Positions 12,301-22,695 of a stretch of 64,000 nucleotides of DNA are shown in pieces. Positions within the stretch are counted from its first letter, which is position 1. Each line of letters opens with the position of its first letter. A program made the translations under genes and the position numbers. Below the pieces are notes generated by a model. That model did not search any database. It worked only from the letters and a program-made list of their open reading frames with translations, and had not been told where the DNA came from. The DNA comes from Lingula anatina (lineage: Eukaryota > Animalia > Brachiopoda). The stretch is taken from NCBI GenBank assembly GCA_051362555.1, contig CM120640.1, forward strand, positions 12,524,001-12,588,000, in the 5' to 3' direction.

Positions 12301-14450
12301 CAGCCTGAATAATGGAAAGACAAAACACAAGATATACATCAGAAAATGTCCATGCAAAAAGAACTTCAAGTTGCTAAACCACTTTGAATTCTAAATACAG
12401 TTCAAACCATTTCACCTTAAAATGTGATGAAAATGTTGCGAGGCATAATCTAACTAAAATGCATGTCATACAAACATTTATGTTTATTATTATTATCATC
12501 AATATGCTTTGAAGTAGCAAGCTTAAAAATACCTGGTATGCCAATTCATAGAGACAGCCATCTTTTCCTGTCATGAAGATCCTTCCACTCTCTGTGCCAG
12601 AGATACTCAGGATGTAGGTGTTATCTGTGGGAACAGTAAACAGAGGATCAGGGAGGAGGTGCATCTCCCCAAAACCTGGGTCTGTGATTGGATCTGGAAT
12701 TAATTCATGTCACAGTTTATATCAAAGAAACCCAAATGGAAGTCTATTGCTATCACAAAGTCTCTGTGAATTGAAAGAATCAATCAATCAGTGGGAAAAT
12801 TTCCAGTAAAAAAAAAAGTGCATCTGGAGTAAACACATTTAATGGACTTAACTGAAAGGTTTTTTCAATGTATCATACTTTTACCATCAAATAATCAATA
12901 CTTATTCACACTTTTTCACATACTATAATATATAAAAAACTTTTTCCACAAATAAATAAATGAATAAAAATTAATAAAAAATTATAGTTTCACAAACTTA
13001 TATCAATAAAGATTTACTATGTACGGTAAGGATATACTCACCTAGATGTGGACTTGAAAAACTGACCCCAAGAAGGACAATATCCACTGGTGTGGTCAGA
13101 CACAGGAGGTAGTGGATGTGAGGCTGGAATATTCCTGTGAGAAACATCAAATAGATTATTTGCAATGAAGGGTATCTCAAATATGTATTGATTTTTTTTG
13201 TTTACATCCTGTTTACATCTCTGAGATACAAGTGAATTATATCTTCTCAGGTGGAATGTCAGATTCAATTTAATCTGCTGTTTACACAAACACAACAAAC
13301 TCCCTGAATTCAGCACTTCCTTACCTGGCTTTGGTTTAACAAGACCTGCACTGAGAATGGTTTCATTCAAACCATCAAAATAGGCAAGATCACCCCTGTA
13401 ACAAACAGTGTCACAATTATGGTTTGAAATATAAAAATTGCATCTGTGACTGACAAAAACCTCATATTATGATCTCCTTCGAAGTAGGAAAAGATAAAAA
13501 ATGAAAGTTTTTATTCAAATACATATCTGTTATAGAGAACTTAAGTAACTTACCCATGTTCATAGTTCCATACAAATATATCACTGTCTATGGACAGCCA
13601 GGCTCTGCTGATTTCTGGGAACAGACCCATCATACAGTTACACTGCATATCTGGGGGAATGTTAAGGAAAACCAGCCTAAGCTTTTAACATTTACACCTT
13701 AAGTTTATAGCAAAGTAACATAGTTATTTTTCATAATATATATGAGGTATTCTCTAAGTTTGCTTAAATTAAAAGTTGACAATAATATTATAGATTTTGC
13801 TCAGGTTAAAGTCCAATCTTTCAGTGTTCATAATTAGGAATTGTATGATGGTATTTTAATATGCTAATTCATAAGCTGAGCATAGAAACACATGTAAAGC
13901 TTTAGATTCAACTGAAGGATACGTCCAAACTGTTCCACCAGCTCAGGAGGCAAAGGAATTCTTTTGACTGTGCTAAGTTCAGGAAGTGAAACGAGACCAG
14001 CTCTGGTATCTGTGATGCTTGGATAGTCATAGTCATTTAACCCACTAGCTGTAGGCAGTTCTAGAAAATATAGAAATGAAGATTTTAAATTCAAATAAAA
14101 AGCAGTATCATGATACCTTATAAACTGAAAAAGAAAATGGCTGTGATGTTTACACTAGCTAAATTCACAACCATCTTTCTGGATAATAAAAACAATAACA
14201 GCATTTAATTTGAACTGAACATTTCAATTGATAAATATAATCCAATATTCAAAAACTCAATTATCACCAACAAAAGAATCTTTTAAAAAGCACTATACTT
14301 ACTGTGAGATTGCACTTTGAGTAAGTCTGTGAGATCACCATGTCTTTTATCTGCTAGTAGTTGTCTGTCAACTATGCCAGCAGCTGATTCCACTGCATCA
14401 GCCAGGCTGGCTTGAGACAAGGTTTGATTACCCAGAAATGATGAGGACAT
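1..14450 (-). CDS. NUP155: Nuclear pore complex protein Nup155, multi-exon, 3' end beyond the left edge of the window
   Basis: ATG at 14450 ([31 protein letters not shown]). GT-AG exons splice into Nup155 motifs: [10 protein letters not shown]|[110 protein letters not shown], and [15 protein letters not shown]...[19 protein letters not shown] (exon 1-189). Probable non-coding first exon near 15115-15200. Confidence 0.97.
251..3614. mobile_element. Foldback-like non-autonomous DNA transposon with long modular inverted arms, in a NUP155 intron
   Basis: Left end TTAGTCCAAGAAATTGGTG (251) is the near-perfect reverse complement of right end CACCAATTTCCTGGACTAA (to 3614). Arms are diverged ~300-bp tandem units (CAAGCATGAAATTT, GGGCATGTCTGAA, CCAAAATGGCCTCCAAAA): about 2 units at 251-870 and about 3.5 inverted units at 2580-3614. 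No recognisable transposase in between. Confidence 0.85.
6111..6137. repeat. Poly(A) tract, intronic
   Basis: About 27 consecutive A; it explains the poly-Lys in spurious ORF 6085..6375. Confidence 0.9.
6556..7161. mobile_element. 606-bp MITE with 78-bp TIRs and 8-bp TSD (hAT/P/Merlin-type TSD length)
   Basis: TIRs 6556-6633 and 7084-7161 match at 77/78 (CACCCTGAGCTTCAGAGATAACTTGACAC...). Direct repeat GCTGCTGC flanks it at 6548-6555 and 7162-7169. Confidence 0.93.
8431..8468 (-). repeat. Coding CAA/CAG repeat giving a poly-Gln tract in Nup155
   Basis: The exon translates [22 protein letters not shown] just before [11 protein letters not shown]. Confidence 0.85.
9325..9386. repeat. (AAAT)n microsatellite, intronic
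   Basis: About 15 tandem AAAT units. Confidence 0.95.
10190..10334. mobile_element. Degenerate ~145-bp MITE-like remnant
   Basis: ATGGGTGAAA (10191-10200) and TTTCACCCAT (10324-10333) are inverted, with repeated internal AATCCTGAAA motifs; no TSD found. Confidence 0.45.
13651..13922 (-). other. U12-type (minor spliceosome) GT-AG intron of NUP155
   Basis: On the minus strand the donor is GTATCCTT (13922-13915), the branch point is TTTCCTTAAC (13670-13661), and the acceptor AG (13652-13651) follows 8 nt later. Splicing restores EQFG-H-MQCNC. Confidence 0.93.
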
Positions 14451-15114
14451 GTTGCTTTCAAGCAGAAATGCTCAAAATTTTAAGACCTGCAATCTGAAAG
14501 AAAAAAAGATTGAAAATTGAAATTTATCAACCAAATGGCTGTTCTTACTTTGTAATTCACAAGTGATGTCATACAGTGAGGTTGAGAGATGTCAGTTCTA
14601 CATCCTCCATTAATATCTTAATTGCACTCACTGCAATTCAAGACTGGAGAAAGATTGAGGCCAGTCTTTCTATCATTTATTCAATCATATAAAAATTTGC
14701 CTATTTTCGGTCTGACATACTAGGCACTTACTTGTACCTTGGGCGGAAATTGAGGAAAATAGATACAAGTTACACGTGTGCTTGATTAAGGACAATGTAC
14801 TGCAAAAGTGCATAATTTTTAAAACAGACACCGAGTCTGAAGAACCATTGGATTCACTTAGAAAAAATTCATCAACAGAAATAAAGAGTGGCTAGTTTAA
14901 TTGAGGTCACAAACCCCATTTTTGGGTCACTTACACGTTCTGGACAAGATGACAATTAAGATGAATATTTCTACAGAACAGAGATCTACAAGTGTGACAA
15001 CGACTGTCACTGTGTCGTCACGCGGGTTTTCAATATTTTCAAAGGCAGATTGGTGATAATCAGCCATCACATACTTTCTTTCATTGTTAAATTAATATAT
15101 AAGCGTAAAACTCA

Positions 15115-15443
15115 CCGAAAGAAACAACTGCAATCGAACAAAGCACCTTAATTAATAGCTTTCACATTCCATCCTCCCGCCGCATGGAGGGCGCCATTTT
15201 TTGAGAGTTTGCTTGAGATTAACCCGAAATATGTGATAAAAGCGATTAAGATTGAAATCTAATCTAGTAGTTGCTGATACGGTGATAATGATTAGGGGTT
15301 TATATCTAAAAAAGGATTATTTCTTCCAAACTGTTTTGCGAAAAACTCAAAATTACAACAATAATATCATCTATTTTATTCCATGTAAAGGACAATCCAT
15401 CTTGTATTTAGTCGAACAAATTTCATCATGTGACTTGTTCAAA
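15115..15443. promoter_or_regulatory. Bidirectional promoter shared by NUP155 and RIMOC1
   Basis: The genes are head to head, with about 250-330 bp between the putative NUP155 non-coding exon and the RIMOC1 ATG. The region is locally CpG-richer and has YY1-like AAAATGGCG on both strands (15192-15200 minus, 15441-15449 plus) and E-box TCATGTGAC at 15426-15434. Confidence 0.65.
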
Positions 15444-18400
15444 ATGGCGGAGTGCAATACCGAAGCGCGGCTGCTAGGGAATGCATCGGGATTGAAAGAA
15501 ACCTTCCAAGTTCTTAGTCAAAAGATTGACAAGTTGTACTCTGAATCCCAAGGTAAACTTAGTTTTTTATTTTTAAGCTACTGTAGTTATATCTTTAAGC
15601 GTATCGCTCAGAATAGCAGTTGCAAATGTAGATCTTGGGAGGGTGGTTGGATTCGTTGAATTTATTATGGTGATGACGATGAATGTTACATGTTACATTT
15701 TAAGTCTAGCATGAATAACCTCCTGGAAATGTGTGACAGACCACCTGCTGAAGATGTCCACATTAAAGCCTGTAAAACAATCCTGGGGGTCCACAGGAAG
15801 GCATCTAATCTAGCAGCCAGAGGCGAATTAGGAAGCTACCCAGTGTTGATTCATATGCTTGCCCTGGCAACAAAATACTGGTTTCACCTCAATAAGCTTA
15901 ACTTTATGGGTAAAGAATCCCTGGCCACCTTAGCCCTTGACTCAGACAGATTTGAAAGTAAAGGTGGTGCCTGGTCCCTTGGAATAAAACAAATACTCCA
16001 ACTTAGTGGTGAAGTTGAGTGTTGGGATAGACCATTAGCCAAACTGAATAATGTCTCAACAAAAAATACCCGAGTCTCTCTCGAGAAAGTGTATGACCTT
16101 CAGTGGGGGGAGGCAATTAAGGAAAGTAGCAAACTGAGAACATATACAAAATTCAAGAAGGATTTTAAGACCGAAAATTATGCGCTGACCTTTGATAAAG
16201 CGCGGAGGGCTATGTTTTGTAAACTAAGAATCAGCGCTCACTTACTCCATATCGAGAAGGGGAGGTACAGTAAACCCCCAACCCCGCCCCATCTAAGATT
16301 ATGTCAAATCTGTAATTCCGGAGAGGTTGAAGATGAAGTGCATTTTATTATGAAATGCGAGGCTTATAAAGAATTACGGGCAACCTTCTTCGAAAATATA
16401 AGTTTCCTCTGTAATACGAATGCCCTATCTCCCCCGGATATGTTTATACACATCATGAGTACAAAAGAAATGGACGTGATTGCGCCCCTCCTCATATTTG
16501 TACAGAAATGCATGGAGAAGAGAGTAAGTCTTTCTGCGCATGTCCAAACCAGATCATGATACCAGTGTGTGACCCGTTGTGCGCTGTCAGCAGAGACTGG
16601 GCGTTTAGATCAAACCTGGTAAAGTGATTATGAAATGCGACATACGTATCCATTTGTATAGCCATTGATGTCAACCATATGCTAATCTATATTTATATAT
16701 TTATTTATCTATTTATTTGTCTGTTCTATGTTATAGTTACTAGTATTGTACCTTTATGTGAAGGTGTTTGTCAATAAAGAATCTGAATCATTTTTAGGTG
16801 ATATATTTTTGCAAAAAGCAAAAGAAAAGTGCGGTCAGGGTTTGCAAGGAATTGATGCTGGAAGCGAAGATTACAATGTGCTTCTTCAAAATTATACTCA
16901 AGTAGGTACAAGTATTGATTTCCGTAATTATGCATTTTAAGCAATATATACTGCATTTAGTTGTGGAGGTTATATATATAGGGGCAGTGGGAATACTTTA
17001 ACAGGTGGACAAGAAATATAATATCCCTTGTCTCAAATCATAAAAATAACTGATCTGCAAAGTTCTACTTTCGTGTGGATAATATCACGAGACCTGCTTT
17101 TGCAATTAACAATTGTTGTTTTGTTATTATATTCCTAGGCTGTACTGGATTATACATTTTATAAAGAAAGCAAGCTTGTCGATGAAGACTTTCCAGCTGT
17201 AACAGCTGAAGCCAGACTCCAGGACATTTTAGGTTTATTTCAAATATAAATTTTAGTATATATCAAGCATAACTTTAAATACCAAAAGAATGATCTCTTT
17301 TCTGGATTTTGATCTTTATAGTTTGAACTACCAGTACATGCATACATATGATAAATACTTCAACATTTGGTAGGGCATTGTGTTTCTTAATTGTATCAAT
17401 TTGTGTGACAAGGTGAAACTAAATCCAGTATGTGGGCTTTTACTATTTCAGTGGCTTTACTTCCATTTAATGAAGATTGACTAAATTCAAATTTCAGGAG
17501 AGCTAGATGGTGCTCTACAAACTGTGGATCTTCATAACAGGAATGCTGAAGAGGTAAAAGCAAAATAATTCTGCTTCTTACAATAGTAATGAAATTATAA
17601 AAGATGTTAGGATTGTTGTAATGATAATATGTAGACTTAAGATATTGTTTGCAACTTTGCATTTTTCTTTGAAAAGAATGGCAAAACTGTTTTAGATAAT
17701 TTGAAAAATGTTTTCCTTAACTTTTAGATAGCTGCAATATTAGGAGAAGAACTGACAGAATGCATATATTGGAGAAAAGGTGCACTTTTATACATGTATT
17801 GTTTTACAATTAATGAAGAAAAAGACCGCAGAGAGAAGAATGGAGACACATTTCTAAAGGTAGGAAGTTCGCAGCGTCTTTGCACCAGTTTGATTACACT
17901 TACCACAGGATCCAAAACATAGCAGCCTTGATGAAGGAACATTCACTACCTTGTTATGTTTAATTATGAAAATACTTTATTATCCACATTTTGATATCTC
18001 TTTGATAATGCTTAAATGCTATTTGGTGCGTTTGTTTTAGAATGTGAAAAAAGGAGTTGGCTATCTGCAGTCTATGCTTAGAGTCCGTGCTCCAGTGGAA
18101 AATGGTGCTAATGTAGTATTTAATGATAATGACACTATGGAGCTATTAAGCAAAGGTAAGGTCTTTGATTTTTCACATGAATAATATGCAGTGAAAGGGA
18201 TAGAGACCGTGGTATATTACTGTAATACTATATTATTGTAATTTTGAATAAATACCACTTTAAAATTTTAATTTCAAAAAGAAGTATGCAGGAATGCTCA
18301 TTGTTTATAGTGGGCAGCTTTTTTTTTTAATGTGGTTTAAATATGGAAATTCAATAAAAATATATCGTATTGTGATATTTTTAAGATGTCTTCTTTGCAC

Positions 18401-18647
18401 ATTTCCTACCATTTCAGGAATATTTAGTGACACTCATTTATTAGCCCTGATGTATGCTGGAGAGATGTGTCACTGGTATGCAGAATTTTCCCAGAACCAT
18501 ACATCTAATGAAAGTGATCAATTCAGAGCAAGAGAAATAGGACAAAATGCATTACAGCTCTATATTAATGCTGTGAAAGGACCATTGAAAGGCAAAGGAT
18601 GGAACTGTGATAGAGCAGAAGAACTAATAAAAGACTTACAGCTTTAG
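15444..18647 (+). CDS. RIMOC1: RAB7A-interacting MON1-CCZ1 complex subunit 1 (C5orf51/UPF0600 family), 7 coding exons
   Basis: Phase-consistent exons at 15444-15552, 16798-16901, 17139-17232, 17498-17553, 17728-17859, 18041-18155 and 18418-18647. Motifs YTQAVLDYTFYKESKLVDEDFP, ECIYWRKGALLYMYC and GIFSDTHLLALMYAGEMCHW match C5orf51. Confidence 0.9.
15702..16788 (+). mobile_element. 5'-truncated non-LTR retrotransposon (RTEX-like ORF2 C-terminus plus 3' UTR) in RIMOC1 intron 1
   Basis: Uninterrupted ORF to 16559 with CKTILGVHRKASNLAARGELG, SKLRTYTKFK, KLRISAHLLHIEKGRY and a C-x2-C...H...C zinc knuckle (RLCQICNSGEVEDEVHFIMKC). AATAAA at 16773 is followed by a GAATCTGAAT microsatellite-type tail. 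Candidate TSD CATTTT at 15696-15701 and 16789-16794. Confidence 0.88.
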
Positions 18648-18811
18648 CTTTTGTATGAATAGTGTTTATTTTAAAATGCATCCTTTAAAAATGTCACAAA
18701 ATTGTATGGCACAGAGCTTCATTTGCTGTCAGATTATTTTTGTTCACTGAAAATTCCTCATTCTTGGCTACATCCTACTACTGTAAATGATGAAAGGCAA
18801 AACTATTGGTG

Positions 18812-19007
18812 AATTTAAATTATTGTTTTTCTTTCTATCAAGAGCTTATAAAATATGTAGGTTTTACCTCCAATATTTCTGTGACTGTCAGTCACCATCA
18901 TCAGGGAGTAAATGACTAGGGTCATTTCACCTGGAATGAAAATCCAGGTCAATTGCCCCTAATCATTTTATAAGCTCTTGATAAAAAGAAAAACAATAAT
19001 TTAAATT
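18812..19007. repeat. 43-bp inverted repeat with 110-bp spacer (possible MITE) between the RIMOC1 and DPH2 3' ends
   Basis: 18812-18854 and 18965-19007 match at 42/43 as reverse complements. Confidence 0.85.
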
Positions 19008-19372
19008 GATACATACAGAGCTAATGAAACTCTTCTCTCATATTGGTGAATTGTTGGTAATTTAGCCTGTGTTGTACATAAATTGTACAACTTGAACCAA
19101 AACAAAAATTTAATGGTTAATGTTAGAGTTTGAACAGCTGGCTCTATTTAGAGACATTTTTCATGCTATAGCACGTTCCAAGTAACCACATTCCTTTTAA
19201 AGTGCTTAGTTGTAGTAAATGTAGGGATATCTTTCCATGCCTATTGCACACAACACATTAAAAATATTTTCTATGTTGTAAACATATGTGCTGAAAATAT
19301 GAATAAACAGCTTTTTTTTCACATTTGCCTTTTTGCAAGCTTCCATGATGCATTTAAATATCCACACATATA

Positions 19373-21931
19373 TTAAAAGTCTAGATCCAATTTCTCATTC
19401 AGCTGTTTTTCTGTTTTCTGTTCATGTGTGTATCCTGATGCAATTCCTTTAATCCCTTCTACTGCTTTAGTCACTGGAGTTTGCCCCAAGTTCTGCTCTA
19501 GTCCCTGCCAAGAGCGGGATGCCAAAAAATCCCCTGCTCAGAAAGAAAAAGCATTGTTAAAATCATGCTACTATTCGAAAGTTAAGAATGGTACAAAAGC
19601 ATATTGAAGACTACTATTTATTGTTTAAATTTCCCTGCTCAGAAAGACAAAGCATTGTTAACATCATGATACTATTTGAAAGTTAAGAATGGTACCAAAG
19701 CATATTGAATACTGCTATAAATTATATAAATTAAAAGAAAAAAAAAAACCTTTAGCAGATCCCCTCGTACCCCTTCCAGGATGAGGCATAAACTAGTTAC
19801 CTGCAGTTGAGGCATTGGCTACAGTCAGTGCATCATCTCTCTTCATGACTGCTGTACTTGAAGCCTCACTGTCGTCTGCTGTGTCATCAGTTCCTATGCT
19901 CCTCATGGCACCAGTCAACAAGGAGACTTCCTGCTGTTGGGATGCTTCTGACAGCTCAACAAAATGTGTGGAACCTGTTTAAATATCAATGGCAACCTCT
20001 TAACCAAAAGTTTTTGAAGTAGTGTACAGATGTTAATTAACTTAATTTTAAGAACTCGGATTTTGATTGATTTTCTTATAATACCTAGCATATAAAAGCA
20101 GTTCTTTTGTGCAAATTACTTGATAAATTAATTTCCAAAACTTTTACCTGGTAGCAATTTCCTAAAATCTGTTATGTATTCTCCTGTCCATTCTCTTGCT
20201 TGATTGCAAGCAATTTCCATCTCAAATGGCGTCACTATGGGCTTGTAGAACTCTGAGGAGTCCAGTAAGCTGTTCTCAGGACAGGCCACCAGGACAAACA
20301 CATCAATCTCCATGAAGTTGGCCATCTTTGCAGGATTCAATTTTCCCATAACAAATGTGTACGTTTTCTTTCCTGCCTTTTTCGTAATCTCTTTCAACCT
20401 TGATATGACTGTTAAATAATCTGCAATTCCTAGAGTGCCAGCTACAATTCCAACAATTTTGGCATCCTTTGCTTTTTCTATCATGTAGTATCTTTTCATA
20501 ATGGCCCTGTTGACACTCAAACTCTCCCCCCTATCTGTCCTAGTCTCTGGATTGTATGAGTAAAATGTGCACTGATTTAATGTCATTATAAAATTAGTCA
20601 AAGCAAAACTTTCAGCACCAATATAAAAAACTTTGTAATCCTTTATAGTTTTCTCTATTGGAATGATGACTGTTCTTCCAAACAACTCTTGAGTGTTGGA
20701 GTTTGCCTGAACATTGGATACACCTTCACCAGTTTTTTCTGTGGTATTGAGTTCAGATATCAGGACATTGCAATAAGAACCTTGCAGTCTTGACTTTAGG
20801 TCACCTAGGGAAAAATGGACACATTAATTGATAAACACTGCTTAACTAAAACACATTGGAAATAGTAACTTAAGATGCCAAGGCACTATTTCAAAGGGGA
20901 AAACAGTATGAATTCATGAACTGACTAGATTGGTCTTCAAGAGCCCAATACATAGACTTTTTTAACAAAAATACAATTCTTACATGCAACATCCATTTAA
21001 TATTAAGTAAGAGCTTAAGAAGCAGTCACTCACCAATAGCATGACTATACACGACATCATACAACACTAACACATGTTGTGTCTTGTCAGGGAAGAGTTT
21101 CTGAAACTGTTCACAGCAGTACTGGACATCAATATCCTTTCTACCAAATACATATAGCACAGGATACCTTGTGACTGGACTGAGGCAAGCCCTTCCATAG
21201 TGGATAACACTGTCTGCACTATAGTGCTGAGCTGCAACCTCATCCACACAACAACTGGAAAGAAAGAAAAAAAATATGAATACATAATGTGAGAAAGTTT
21301 TACTGTAAAAATTAAAAGGGGAGCATACATTGTATATCACACCATAAAAATGTGTTGTCCAAGTAATACTTCATTTCAGGGGTTCAGCAGTGCAAAATAA
21401 ACACATGCATGCACTGGCACTTCCTCAACTAATCATACCTTCCATATGAAGTATCTCCTAAAATGAAGACCCTTTCTCCAGTCTCAATTTCCAAACACTT
21501 GGCGACATTTGTGGAATCCAGCAGTAAGTCATCTGGAAATTGCAGTGCAACCTGTAATATAACATAATTTTTAGAAGTTACTATAAGCTTTAGTTCTTCA
21601 AAACTAACAGTAAAAAATACAAGAATATGATTATTACTACATCATCATGATAATAAATCTTAAACTATGAGAGTACTAGAAATAATGATTTATATTATAC
21701 TCTATGTACAGTTAAATGAATAAAATATCGACTCAGTCTTAACCAAATTCATATGAGCATTTATTGATTTCATACCTTCTTGAACTTATTTTTCTTTATC
21801 CATTCTGCACTTCTCTGTATTTCATAAACAGTATTCAAATGATCTGGAGCTGTGGGCTTTTTAGACTTCAAGTTTATCTCAACATTTCTATGAATAACAT
21901 CAGCATCATTGCTGCTGAATGCAACCGACAT
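19373..21931 (-). CDS. DPH2: Diphthamide biosynthesis protein 2, 6 coding exons
   Basis: ATG at 21931 (MSVAFSSND). Motifs [19 protein letters not shown]|[62 protein letters not shown] and RSWQGLEQ...GIASGY; TAA at 19375-19373. Exons approximately 21776-21931, 21439-21551, 21033-21254, 20148-20804, 19801-19974, 19373-19533. Confidence 0.95.
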
Positions 21932-22372
21932 CTAAAAGAGAAATTAATTTCTTACATCCAAATAACTTCATAGAAATATCAGTAATACTGAATGAAACTT
22001 TATTTTGAATATACCAAAGATTATCTTTACTTAAAGATTGTTTCAATCAGTTTCTCTCCTAACTTGATATCTAATTGCAACTTTAAAATTCTGTCAGAAA
22101 TATTTGTCATTCTAAGTACAAGTATTAACAAAACGAGTTTGTGTCTTGATATAAAAAAAATTAGCTTCTTAGATGTTAACTACATTAACCGTTATATCGT
22201 GTCATAATATAGACATCCTTGAGAGAATACACTGAGGAAATTGCGAAAAATTTAACGTTATTTAAACTAGGACTTTCACTGAAAAGGAAAGACAGGCATG
22301 TAAATCCACCGTATTCTAGAACCGTGTCAGTGTACTTTCGCCTGAAATTATTATGTTCAAATAATTTCTTAC

Positions 22373-22695
22373 CGTTGATATTCTTCGAAGTCGATGGTGA
22401 AATTGTCATCACATCACTGCAACACTAAATTGTACTTTTTTGTAGATGGAACGGGTAGCAAATAAACGCCTGTTCCATTCGCAGGTCGCGTGTTGTTACA
22501 TCGGTTGCAATTTTCTTTCCATTGTGCAAAAGAATTATGGGTAATTTTAAATACACGCATGCGCATCAATAGCCAACTGAATCTTTCGGCGCCACATTTT
22601 GGACTTGGTGTTTCGAGAAACTGTTGTTTACAAACATAATCTAATGGAATTTATTTATAAATTGTTTTGATATACACTGCATTCAATCGTAAATA
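22373..22695. promoter_or_regulatory. Bidirectional promoter shared by DPH2 and SMC2
   Basis: The genes are head to head, with a putative DPH2 non-coding exon donor (CG|GTAAG, minus) near 22372. Motifs: ZNF143/Staf-like TACCCATAATTCT (minus, 22531-22543), NRF1-like CGCATGCGCA (22556-22565) and E2F-like TTTCGGCGCC (22584-22593). Confidence 0.65.

Noticed and set aside
15252-15659. 135-aa ORF as a stand-alone gene
   Set aside because: Only 15444-15552 is RIMOC1 exon 1; the rest is promoter/UTR and intron read-through.
15690-16559. 289-aa ORF as a host gene or in-frame RIMOC1 fusion exon
   Set aside because: Its motifs are those of a LINE ORF2 C-terminus, and splicing from phase-1 exon 1 would be out of frame with an immediate stop.
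17554-17727. U12-like branch sequence TTTTCCTTAAC before the RIMOC1 exon 5 acceptor
   Set aside because: The donor is GTAAAAG, not RTATCCTT, and the motif is very close to the AG. At most it is a converted relic and more likely chance.
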